DNA of 32,000 nt from Bacillus subtilis subsp. subtilis str. 168 (GTDB lineage Bacteria; Bacillota; Bacilli; Bacillales; Bacillaceae): contig NC_000964.3 of assembly GCF_000009045.1 (NCBI RefSeq), positions 1,050,001 to 1,082,000 on the forward strand, read 5' to 3'. The number at the start of each line of letters is the position of its first letter. The first letter of the stretch is position 1. This document shows, piece by piece, positions 20,111 to 28,183 of this stretch. The position numbers were made by a program, and so were the translations under genes. Under the pieces are notes generated by a model. The model was not told where the DNA came from and did not search any database. It was given only the letters and a program-made list of their open reading frames with translations.

Positions 20111-20323
20111 GTGTTATTTTTTCCGTGGTGGGTGTATCTTTGTATTGTAGGCATCATTTTCAGCGCATATAAACTTGTGGCGGCAGCCAAAGAGGAAGAA
20201 AAAGTAGACCAGGCTTTTATTGAAAAAGAAGGACAGATTTATATGGAGAGGATGGAAAAGGAGCGAGAACGCCGCAGTTCTCAGCAGCATGAAGAAGAAA
20301 ATCAAAACCATTCCATCGCATAA
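20111..20323 (+). CDS. yhaL: YhaL, small sporulation-associated protein (GTG start)
   Basis: 70-aa ORF with N-terminal TM segment and charged tail; strong GGGAGGAG RBS. Confidence 0.88.
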   Translation: MLFFPWWVYLCIVGIIFSAYKLVAAAKEEEKVDQAFIEKEGQIYMERMEKERERRSSQQHEEENQNHSIA

Positions 20324-20363
20324 AAAAAGCTGTGCGGCTCAATGAGCCGCACAGCTTTTTTTA
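20322..20363. terminator. Bidirectional terminator between convergent yhaL and prsA
   Basis: About 18-bp stem AAAAAAGCTGTGCGGCTC - AAT - GAGCCGCACAGCTTTTTT. Confidence 0.95.
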
Positions 20364-21242
20364 TTATTTAGAATTGCTTGAAGATGAAGAAGTGCTGTTG
20401 CTTGTTGAAGATGTATTAAATGTGTCTTTCAGATCTTTATCTTTTACTTCGATGTCAGCCTTCTTCATGACTTTTTGAACAGCTTCCTGAACAGCTGCGT
20501 TGTCATTTAATTTTTGTTCAAGCACTTCAGATTTCAGTTCTTTTTTCATATCATCATATTTGCCGCGTTCTTCTGTCTTTTTAATGATATGGTAGCCGTA
20601 TTGCGTTTTGACAGGATCACTGACTTCACCTGTTTTTAATTTGAATGCAGCTTTGCTGAATGTTTCGTCCATTTGGCCTTCTTTTGCGAACCAGCCAAGA
20701 TCCCCGCCTTTTGAAGCAGAGCTGTCTGTTGAGTATTCTTTCGCAAGGTCTTCAAACTTCTCGCCTTTTTTCAGCTTTTTCTCTACTTCTTCAGCTGTCT
20801 TTTTATCAGCAACAAGGATGTGGCTTGCACGGATTTTGCCTTTTAAGCCTTCCCAGTACTCTTTGATATCGGCGTCTGTTACTTTGATGTTATCTTTAGC
20901 CGCTTTTTGTGTCAGCAATTCATATTTTACTTGTTCTTTCAGGTAATCTTTGCCATATTGCTTTTCGAGGGCAGTATATTGATCGCCAAGCTGCGTTTTG
21001 TATTCTTTCAGCTTGTTGTCAATTTCTTTATCCGAAACTTTATACTTCTTGTCCAATACTTTTTCTTGCACTAGCTGTGTCAGTACGCTTGCGCCAGCTG
21101 TTTTCTTCATGTTTGTGTAAAGCTCGCCTTTTGTGACATCGCCTGCGTCTGTTTTTGCGATAACTTCTTTGTCGCCGCTGCTGCAAGCACTGAGAGCGAG
21201 GATGCTTGTAGCAGTGATAGCTGCTATTGCGATTTTCTTCAT
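20364..21242 (-). CDS. prsA: PrsA foldase, extracytoplasmic peptidyl-prolyl isomerase lipoprotein (292 aa)
   Basis: Lipobox signal peptide LALSACSSG, parvulin domain IRASHILVADKKTAEEVEKKLKKGEKFEDLAKEYSTDSSASKGGDLGWF; Ser/Asn-rich tail. Confidence 0.98.
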   Translation of the reverse strand: MKKIAIAAITATSILALSACSSGDKEVIAKTDAGDVTKGELYTNMKKTAGASVLTQLVQEKVLDKKYKVSDKEIDNKLKEYKTQLGDQYTALEKQYGKDYLKEQVKYELLTQKAAKDNIKVTDADIKEYWEGLKGKIRASHILVADKKTAEEVEKKLKKGEKFEDLAKEYSTDSSASKGGDLGWFAKEGQMDETFSKAAFKLKTGEVSDPVKTQYGYHIIKKTEERGKYDDMKKELKSEVLEQKLNDNAAVQEAVQKVMKKADIEVKDKDLKDTFNTSSTSNSTSSSSSNSK

Positions 21243-21401
21243 TGTTTTCAAACACTCCTAATCATTCCAAATTAAATTACCTATGCGTATCATAACATAT
21301 TGTGGCTTTCTGTAAAAAGATTTTAAATAAAGGGCATTCGTCTAGTCAAACTTTTGCTGATGACATACTTATATATTGATCAAGAAAAGGAGGTATGTAA
21401 C

Positions 21402-21488
21402 ATGAGCGGAGGATACTCTAACGGATTCGCGTTGCTCGTAGTACTGTTCATTTTGCTTATCATCGTAGGTGCAGCTTACATCTACTAA
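21402..21488 (+). CDS. 28-aa YjcZ-family/small spore coat assembly type microprotein (possibly SscA)
   Basis: MSGGYSNGFALLVVLFILLIIVGAAYIY; near-consensus AAAGGAGG RBS; too short for the ORF track. Confidence 0.85.
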   Translation: MSGGYSNGFALLVVLFILLIIVGAAYIY

Positions 21489-21496
21489 GCAGCCCG

Positions 21497-21529
21497 AGGA
21501 TCGCTTGCAACATAAGCGATCCTTTATTT
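21497..21529 (+). terminator. Intrinsic terminator after the first microprotein gene
   Basis: AGGATCGCTT - 7 nt - AAGCGATCCT followed by TTATTTT. Confidence 0.8.
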
Positions 21530-21612
21530 TCACTAGCGCCTAATCGTTTCAAACATGAATTGCATAACATGTAATTGGTAAATAAAGCTTATTACAGGAG
21601 GTGCTATTTAAG

Positions 21613-21699
21613 ATGGGTGAAGTATTTGCAGGCGGATTCGCTTTATTGGTTGTGTTATTTATTTTATTGATTATCATCGGCGCTTCTTGGCTGTACTAA
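21613..21699 (+). CDS. 28-aa YjcZ-family microprotein, paralogue of the preceding one
   Basis: MGEVFAGGFALLVVLFILLIIIGASWLY; RBS AGGAGGTG upstream. Confidence 0.82.
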   Translation: MGEVFAGGFALLVVLFILLIIIGASWLY

Positions 21700-21709
21700 T
21701 CAACATAAA

Positions 21710-21742
21710 AAAGCATAGCTGCTTAATCAGCAGCTATGCTTT
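21710..21742. terminator. Bidirectional terminator
   Basis: 14-bp stem AAAGCATAGCTGCT - TAATC - AGCAGCTATGCTTT; poly-A/T on both flanks. Confidence 0.85.
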
Positions 21743-21751
21743 CTTTCGTAT

Positions 21752-21937
21752 TTACACTGTAAAGGAGATCTCCACAAACGAAGAGATCAGTAAAATTAAT
21801 ATAGATACATTAATAAATCGGAATACCTTATCTTGCCGCTCTTCAGGAATCTCTCTGACAAGGCATAATGTATTGGTGAGCCTGTTTATGAAATATAAAA
21901 TAAACACGGCAGCCACGATAAAATAGAATAAAATGAT
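21752..21937 (-). CDS. Possible small membrane protein (open frame, no canonical start); location suggests yhaK
   Basis: Minus frame reads YGTVQREGESPIILFYFIVAAVFILYFINRLTNTLCLVREIPEERQDKVFRFINVSILILLISSFVEISFTV*; purine-rich AGAGAGGGGG just upstream of ATC/ATT codons; shares a bidirectional terminator. Confidence 0.5.
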   Translation of the reverse strand: MILFYFIVAAVFILYFINRLTNTLCLVREIPEERQDKVFRFINVSILILLISSFVEISFTV

Positions 21938-22041
21938 GGGAGATTCCCCCTCTCTCTGAACTGTCCCATATTACATTACCAAATATTTATTAAAAAAGAT
22001 AGAATGCAAATTGAAAAATCGCCACCAGCACCAGGGTTTGA

Positions 22042-22617
22042 CTACTTTTCAACAAGAATATCCAAGCCGTCAGCTTCCTGATCAATAAAAGCGGTTTTCG
22101 GTGCTTTTATCAGCTTGAGAGCCAGCAGGAAATCAGGCAGACAGTAGCCGGCGTGAATGCCCGAGATCATGCAAAAATAATGAGCGTGATTCGGAAATGC
22201 CAGTGCTGCGTAAAACAATACCGGTGTAATCAGCAAGAACGGGCTGACGAGTGAAATCAGCATTGTTGTTTTTGGTATACGTTTCCATGTGCGCATGCGC
22301 AATATGTAAAACTTTTTTTCTATTTTTCTTTTTTTGCAGATGATTGGCAGGACATGGATGACTTTATGTACAAATAAAATAACGACGAGCAAACCGCCGA
22401 ATAAAGATACATATTCATCGCTTAAGCTTGTGCCAGGCCGCAGCAGCTCAAAAGCTAAAAAGGTAGATATAAAAACCAAAATCATAAAACATACAGCAGT
22501 TAATATTATGCGAACGGCGCCATAATCCTTCATGAGATTTATGGTCTTCCAGCAATTCATCAAAGTCATCCTTCCATACATCTTGAATAGAATCTCAAAA
22601 TAATTTACTCCTCCCAA
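22042..22617 (-). CDS. yhaJ: DUF3267-type putative membrane protein YhaJ (true start may be internal, about 172-175 aa)
   Basis: Multi-TM protein with [10 protein letters not shown] and [21 protein letters not shown], consistent with DUF3267 (putative zincin) proteins. Confidence 0.72.
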
Positions 22618-22758
22618 GAGAAAAAATCAATGCTTTTTTAAGAAAAAATATCATCCGGCAGGTATTTTTTTGAAACAAGCAAACAAACTGCGAAATATGG
22701 GGTTAGAACTTTCTTCTCAGTGAATTATCAGCTAAAATAAGATTAAAGATAGAAAGAA

Positions 22759-23109
22759 GTGGTGTGGATGGATTCGATGGATCATCGCATTGAGCGATTA
22801 GAATATTACATACAATTATTAGTGAAAACAGTAGATATGGACAGGTACCCCTTCTATGCGCTTCTCATTGATAAAGGGCTGAGCAAGGAAGAAGGGGAAG
22901 CGGTTATGAGGATATGCGACGAATTGTCGGAAGAGCTGGCAACACAAAAAGCGCAAGGATTTGTAACCTTTGATAAGCTCCTTGCGCTTTTTGCCGGACA
23001 GCTGAATGAAAAATTAGATGTTCATGAAACAATTTTTGCCCTGTATGAGCAGGGGCTTTATCAAGAGCTGATGGAAGTCTTTATCGACATCATGAAGCAT
23101 TTTGATTAA
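22759..23109 (+). CDS. yhaI: DUF1878 family protein YhaI
   Basis: 116-aa [59 protein letters not shown]...; gene order. Confidence 0.85.
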
Positions 23110-23717
23110 CTGTTTACAGGTTCGAGCTCTTCAGCCGGTTCATCCGCCGCACTGTCCTTTGCTTTTTTCTTCAATTTTCCGTTTACGCTTTCAAAGTCAT
23201 TGTCAATATTGGTGAGTGACGTTTCGAAAATTTCCATAAAATCATCGCCGTAGATATGGCGTATCATACACATCATTTCTGCCACTTCAGGAAATTTTCC
23301 GAATAAATGATATAAAGGCTGTGACCCTTTAAAAACAGCGTTGCGTGTCGGATCAAATTCCTCAAGCAAGCTCCAGAATACCTCGGTACCTTCCTCAGTC
23401 AATTGGACATATGTGTTCCGTTTATCATTCAGCCGTTTGGAGAACCTTAAATATCCCCGTTCTTCCAGCTTTTTTGAAAAGTTGAATGCGGTTGATACGT
23501 GCATGACCCCGAATTTCGCGATTTCAGAAATGGAAGCTCCATTCAATTGATACGCAATCCATAAAATATGATGCTCATTAATATTCAGGTCATACGGTTT
23601 GAGCCATTGCTGCCAATCCTTCTCGATCGATTTCCAAAGAGCCTTGCTAAGCTGAGCCATTTTCTGGGTGAAAACCAGAGCTTCTTTCACATCATAGGGC
23701 GGTTCCACTCGATTCAT
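23106..23717 (-). CDS. hpr: MarR-family transition-state regulator Hpr (ScoC), 203 aa
   Basis: [90 protein letters not shown]. Confidence 0.97.
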
Positions 23718-23841
23718 TACGTCACCTGCTTCTCTTTTTCTTTTTCTCTATTATGCCAATAAAATAAAGATTAATAAAGATGAAAATGTAAGAATTTTTT
23801 AATAAATTCACAAACCATTGCGACGAAAGGGTTTTTCGGCC

Positions 23842-23879
23842 AAAAAAAATACGGGTCCAATTTTGGCCCGCATTTTTTT
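23842..23879. terminator. Probable terminator downstream of yhaH
   Basis: Hairpin GCGGGCC - AAAATT - GGACCCGT (one bulge) flanked by T8/A8 tracts. Confidence 0.65.
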
Positions 23880-23894
23880 CTTTTGAATAGGATA

Positions 23895-24251
23895 TTAGTT
23901 TTGTAAGGTTTTCTCCAGCTGTCTGATTTTCTCTTCGATATCGGCAATTTCTTTTTGCAGATCCTGCTGGTGAGGCTTGATCTCTTCCTGCCATTTTTTA
24001 ATTGATGTTTGGAGCTCGCCGCCCACGTCTTTAATAACATCCGTGCTTTCTTTTGCCGCTTTGATCAGCTGGTCTTTTAATGCAAGCCCGTCTGACTTTA
24101 AGCGTTTGATTGTTTCTTCAAAAGAATCATAATTGGTTTTCATTTTTTCACGCAGCTGCTTTCCTGAGGAAGGTGCAGTAAGAAGAACCGCTGCTCCTCC
24201 GATGATGCCGCCTACGAATAGTCCTGTTAATAGAGAACGTCCGCTCGCCAT
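23895..24251 (-). CDS. yhaH: YtxH-like general stress/envelope protein YhaH (118 aa)
   Basis: MASGRSLLTGLFVGGIIGGAAVLLTAPSSGKQLREKMKTNYDSFEETIKRL; YtxH-type N-terminus with coiled-coil tail. Confidence 0.9.
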   Translation of the reverse strand: MASGRSLLTGLFVGGIIGGAAVLLTAPSSGKQLREKMKTNYDSFEETIKRLKSDGLALKDQLIKAAKESTDVIKDVGGELQTSIKKWQEEIKPHQQDLQKEIADIEEKIRQLEKTLQN

Positions 24252-24380
24252 TACAATCACCCCGTCTTTTTCTTCAAAATAGGATTCATTCAGCATTTTT
24301 CATTTTTGTTGAAAGCCTGAACTTCTATACATAGCTTGCTTTATTTTAGCATATTTTTTAAGTGAAAAGGAGGGAGAAGG

Positions 24381-24572
24381 TTGTCTGTCTTTTTGATTGT
24401 ATTATCCTGCATCACCCTTGCCTTCGCTTCAGGCGCTGTTTACTATATCAAACTTCTCAGCCAGGCTGCTTCTTATCCGCCCAAGAGGGTTATCCGGCAG
24501 AAAGCGCTTGTTTGTTCAACCGGAACCGCCTTTACACTATGTCTTATCTTTTTCACAAAACTCCTCGCTTAA
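24381..24572 (+). CDS. Small two-TM membrane protein, TTG start
   Basis: 63-aa ORF MSVFLIVLSCITLAFASGAVYYIKLLSQAASYPPKRVIRQKALVCSTGTAFTLCLIFFTKLLA; strong GGAGGGAGAAGG upstream; overlapping longer ORF 24362..24703 rejected. Confidence 0.7.
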   Translation: MSVFLIVLSCITLAFASGAVYYIKLLSQAASYPPKRVIRQKALVCSTGTAFTLCLIFFTKLLA

Positions 24573-24603
24573 AACATGCTGACATGCTGCGGGCGCTCTG
24601 TTC

Positions 24604-24636
24604 AAAAAAACCTCTCCCGGAAGCGGAAGAGGTTTT
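24604..24636. terminator. Terminator between convergent small membrane gene and trpP
   Basis: AAAACCTCT...AGAGGTTTT hairpin. Confidence 0.7.
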
Positions 24637-24645
24637 GTGTGACAA

Positions 24646-25164
24646 TTATTTAGCAGCTTCCATAAAGCTTGAACGCCTTAAAATGGTTTGCACAATCGGA
24701 TAAATAATGATCATTGAGATTGTATTCAGCACAGCGGCCGGCAGAACAACAGCCGCGAACAATGCGGCGAAACCGCCCGGTAAACCGACGATCAATAAAG
24801 CTGACGATAGAAACACAATTCCTGATAAGATGGTCCCGATCACTGTCAGCACAGCGGCTGCACCTGTTTTCCGGCTCTTTCTGAACAAGAGAAACAGGGA
24901 GAAGAACAGAAACGCTGATACGGGTTTATCAATGATGTTAGGGATCTGTCCGGCTGGAAACGCGGTTGTAAGCGCGGAAATGATTCCGGTCACGATCCCG
25001 ATGACGAGTACATTTTGCACCCGCGGGAACAGCAGAATGCCCATGAACATCATGATCAGCATCATATCTGGTTTCATGCCGCCTAAAAAGGGCGGAATAA
25101 TGGAATGAAGCGCTGCGCCGATTGCGGCAAACAGAGCCATAATGACTAACTCTTTTGTTTTCAT
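24646..25164 (-). CDS. trpP: Tryptophan transporter TrpP (YhaG), 172 aa
   Basis: MKTKELVIMALFAAIGAALHSIIPPFLGGMKPDMMLIMMFMGILLFP; recognised TrpP sequence and position. Confidence 0.95.
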   Translation of the reverse strand: MKTKELVIMALFAAIGAALHSIIPPFLGGMKPDMMLIMMFMGILLFPRVQNVLVIGIVTGIISALTTAFPAGQIPNIIDKPVSAFLFFSLFLLFRKSRKTGAAAVLTVIGTILSGIVFLSSALLIVGLPGGFAALFAAVVLPAAVLNTISMIIIYPIVQTILRRSSFMEAAK

Positions 25165-25211
25165 AACTATGCTCTCCTCTGCTAAGCTTTTTGCCCTCCA
25201 ATAATATGCTC
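25146..25211 (-). promoter_or_regulatory. Probable TRAP binding site overlapping the trpP RBS and start codon
   Basis: Minus-strand RNA ...GAG...GAG...UAG-CA-GAG-GAG-AGCA-UAG-UUAUGAAAACAAAA-GAG-U-UAG: about eight GAG/UAG triplets spanning 25211 to 25146. Confidence 0.75.
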
Positions 25212-25288
25212 ATCATTTATTGCGAAGGCTTTACAGAATGTGTTATGCAAACAGTATACCAAACGGACGGTTTGCATAGCCAGACTTT

Positions 25289-26368
25289 TTACTCATTTTC
25301 CTGCTGGAATTTCTTCATGAACGCAGCTAATTTTTCACAGTCTTCGAGAGAGACCGCGTTATAAATAGAAGCGCGGCAGCCTCCCACCGAACGGTGTCCG
25401 CCAAGGCCGATCATCTTCGCATCTTTTGCTTTCTGAACGAATGTTTTCGTTAATTCGTCATCCCGAAGCGTGAATGTGACATTCATGCGTGAGCGGCTGT
25501 CTTTTCTGGCATGTCCTTTATAGAAGCCGTTGCTTTCATCAATACAGCTGTAGAGAACCTGCGCTTTTTGTTCATTGCGCTGTTCAACAGCTTCCACACC
25601 GCCGTTTTCCTTGAGCCATTCCAGAACGAGGCTCAGCATATAAATCGCAAATGTCGGCGGAGTGTTGTAGAGTGAATCCGCTTTGACATGCGTGGAATAT
25701 TTCAAGATTTTTGGGACGTTCGCATTTTCATTTTGCAGCCAGCTTTTTTTCATGATGACTACAGTCACGCCGGAAGGGCCGAGGTTCTTTTGGGCGCCTC
25801 CGTAGATCACATCAAATTTGGACACATCGATTTTTCTGCTTAAAATATCGCTGGACATGTCGGCTACGAGCGGAATTGGAGAATTCGGAAACTCCTGCCA
25901 CTGAGTGCCGAAAATTGTATTGTTGGATGTGATATGTAAATATGCGCCGTCTTTTACATCCGTAAGGTCAACCTCTGGAATATAACTGTAATTGTCTGTT
26001 TCACTTGTAGCGGTGATAGACGTGTTCCCGAACAGTTTCGTTTCTGCCAGTGCTTTTTCAGACCAAGCGCCGGTCATCACAAAATGTGCGGTTTTTTCAG
26101 GTGTTAAAAAGTTCATCGGAAGCATTGAGAATTGAAGGCTTGCCCCGCCTTGAAGAAACAAGATATCGTAATCTTCCGGAATGCCCATCAGTTCGATTAA
26201 GAGGCTTTTCGCTTTTTGGTGCACCGCTTCATACTCTTTGCTGCGGTGGGAAAGCTCCATAACAGACATGCCGGATTCGTTAAAATCAATAAATTCTTTC
26301 TGTGCTTTTTGCAGAACTTCCAGTGGCAGCGCTGCAGGACCTGCGTTAAAATTCGTTGTACGTTCCAT
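25289..26368 (-). CDS. serC: Phosphoserine aminotransferase SerC, 359 aa
   Basis: MERTTNFNAGPAALPLEVLQKAQKEF..., VIYGGAQKNLGPSGVTVVI; class V aminotransferase. Confidence 0.97.
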   Translation of the reverse strand: MERTTNFNAGPAALPLEVLQKAQKEFIDFNESGMSVMELSHRSKEYEAVHQKAKSLLIELMGIPEDYDILFLQGGASLQFSMLPMNFLTPEKTAHFVMTGAWSEKALAETKLFGNTSITATSETDNYSYIPEVDLTDVKDGAYLHITSNNTIFGTQWQEFPNSPIPLVADMSSDILSRKIDVSKFDVIYGGAQKNLGPSGVTVVIMKKSWLQNENANVPKILKYSTHVKADSLYNTPPTFAIYMLSLVLEWLKENGGVEAVEQRNEQKAQVLYSCIDESNGFYKGHARKDSRSRMNVTFTLRDDELTKTFVQKAKDAKMIGLGGHRSVGGCRASIYNAVSLEDCEKLAAFMKKFQQENE

Positions 26369-26505
26369 TATGATCTCTCCCTGTTTTCCACGTTAATGTA
26401 TAAAATAATACAATTATCCTATCACAAAAATTCAGTTTTTTGATAAAAAATTAGAATTATCAAAAGAAATTGACGGATGTTTGCGAAATGTTCACAAAAT
26501 AAAAT

Positions 26506-26528
26506 AACCTCATCTTATGATGAGGCCA
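26506..26528 (-). terminator. Terminator of hit, overlapping its stop codon
   Basis: CCTCATC - TTAT - GATGAGG with T-rich sequence in the minus direction. Confidence 0.7.
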
Positions 26529-26952
26529 GGCGTTTTGCGATAGAGGAAGAGATGTTCTGCAGATCCTCCGGTTTATAATCATCAGCATGCGTTTTCCAAA
26601 CCGCTCCGAATCCATCTCCTTTTCCGTAGCGAGGGATAATATGCATATGGTAGTGGAACACAGATTGTCCAGCTTTTTCGCCGTTATTGTTCAGCGTATT
26701 TAAGCCGATCGGTTCAAATTCATCCCGGATAGCGCGGGCGATTTTTGGAACAGCATGGAAATATTGTTTTGCTAATTCATCTGTAAATTCATATACATTC
26801 TCAATATGTGTTTTCGGAATGACAAGCGTATGGCCTTTTGTCACTTGGCTGATATCAAGAAAGGCAAGTACATGTTCATCTTCATACACCTTCGCTGATG
26901 GAATGTCGCCGGCAATAATTTTACAAAAGATACAATTCTCTGCACAATGCAT
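26515..26952 (-). CDS. hit: HIT-family protein Hit, 145 aa
   Basis: CIFCKIIAGDIPSAKVYEDEHVLAFLDI ... GQSVFHYHMHIIPRY: HIT histidine triad. Confidence 0.96.
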   Translation of the reverse strand: MHCAENCIFCKIIAGDIPSAKVYEDEHVLAFLDISQVTKGHTLVIPKTHIENVYEFTDELAKQYFHAVPKIARAIRDEFEPIGLNTLNNNGEKAGQSVFHYHMHIIPRYGKGDGFGAVWKTHADDYKPEDLQNISSSIAKRLASS

Positions 26953-27096
26953 GAGGGTTCCTCCTTATGAAATTGTTTAGTATGTATACATTCATCGTAC
27001 CACAGAAATGCAGAAAATAGAAAACAGGATGAACGGCGAGCGTTCACCCTGAATGCAGAGGAAGAGCTTATATGAAGAAAATGTGTTATGCCTTTG

Positions 27097-27290
27097 GTAA
27101 GCACCTCATTTGTCAATAAAATGAAGACTTGTTTAATGCCTAACGATTCCTGCGATAAACACCTCATTTGACAATTTGCTTCATACATGAAGAATTCATC
27201 AATTCAGTGAAGAGAAATGGTTTGAGCATTGGACATGTTTATTTTCTATCCAACTGTTTCTAAGACGTCTTTGACAAACACCTCATTTTT
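27097..27290 (+). repeat. Three dispersed direct copies of a 13-16 bp motif (AARCACCTCATTT) upstream of ecsA
   Basis: CACCTCATTT at 27102, 27160 and 27279; copies 2 and 3 share GAYAAACACCTCATTT. Confidence 0.8.
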
Positions 27291-27439
27291 CAGTTGATAT
27301 GCTTTTCCTCTACAACTTTTATGATGTCCAGAACCCTGTCTCTTTATGACAGCAAATTCATCATTTGTTAAAAGGGAATTGTTTCAAATCAGGCCTTGTT
27401 TTTGGTACTATGAAGAAAAACACTATAAGGGGAGAAACT

Positions 27440-28183
27440 ATGTCTCTGCTATCGGTAAAAGACTTGACCGGCGGATATACAAGGAATCCGGTTTTAAAAA
27501 ACGTATCATTCACCCTTGAACCGAATCAAATTGTCGGCTTAATCGGGCTGAATGGTGCTGGTAAAAGTACAACAATCAGACACATCATCGGGCTGATGGA
27601 CCCGCATAAAGGTTCAATCGAATTAAACGGTAAAACGTTTGCTGAGGATCCGGAAGGCTACCGTTCACAATTTACCTATATACCTGAAACACCTGTTTTA
27701 TACGAAGAATTGACGCTGATGGAGCATCTTGAACTAACAGCCATGGCATATGGACTGTCAAAAGAAACGATGGAGAAAAGGCTGCCTCCGCTACTAAAGG
27801 AATTCCGAATGGAAAAGAGGCTGAAGTGGTTCCCGGCCCATTTTTCTAAAGGAATGAAGCAGAAGGTTATGATTATGTGCGCATTTTTGGCAGAGCCTGC
27901 GCTCTACATTATTGATGAGCCTTTTCTAGGGCTTGATCCGCTTGCCATTAACGCGCTGCTTGAACGGATGAATGAAGCGAAAAAAGGCGGGGCGAGCGTG
28001 CTGATGTCAACACACATTTTGGCAACGGCAGAACGCTATTGCGATTCGTTTATTATTTTACATAACGGCGAGGTGCGGGCGCGCGGCACGCTGTCAGAGC
28101 TCAGAGAGCAGTTTGGAATGAAGGACGCGGCGCTGGACGATTTGTATCTTGAGCTTACAAAGGAAGACGCTGGCCATGAATAA
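27440..28183 (+). CDS. ecsA: ABC transporter ATP-binding protein EcsA (247 aa)
   Basis: Walker A GLNGAGKST, FSKGMKQK, Walker B LYIIDEPFLGLDP; ATG at 27440 preceded by AAGGGGAG. Confidence 0.97.
   Translation: MSLLSVKDLTGGYTRNPVLKNVSFTLEPNQIVGLIGLNGAGKSTTIRHIIGLMDPHKGSIELNGKTFAEDPEGYRSQFTYIPETPVLYEELTLMEHLELTAMAYGLSKETMEKRLPPLLKEFRMEKRLKWFPAHFSKGMKQKVMIMCAFLAEPALYIIDEPFLGLDPLAINALLERMNEAKKGGASVLMSTHILATAERYCDSFIILHNGEVRARGTLSELREQFGMKDAALDDLYLELTKEDAGHE

Noticed and set aside
21687-21926. 79-aa plus-strand ORF after the microprotein genes
   Set aside because: Starts inside the upstream microprotein gene, runs through a 14-bp terminator stem and lacks a suitable RBS; antisense to the more protein-like minus frame.
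24362-24703. 113-aa ORF overlapping the 63-aa TTG-start gene
   Set aside because: Reads across the terminator at 24604-24636 into trpP and has a Cys/Arg-rich out-of-frame composition; the 63-aa frame has the better RBS and TM pattern.
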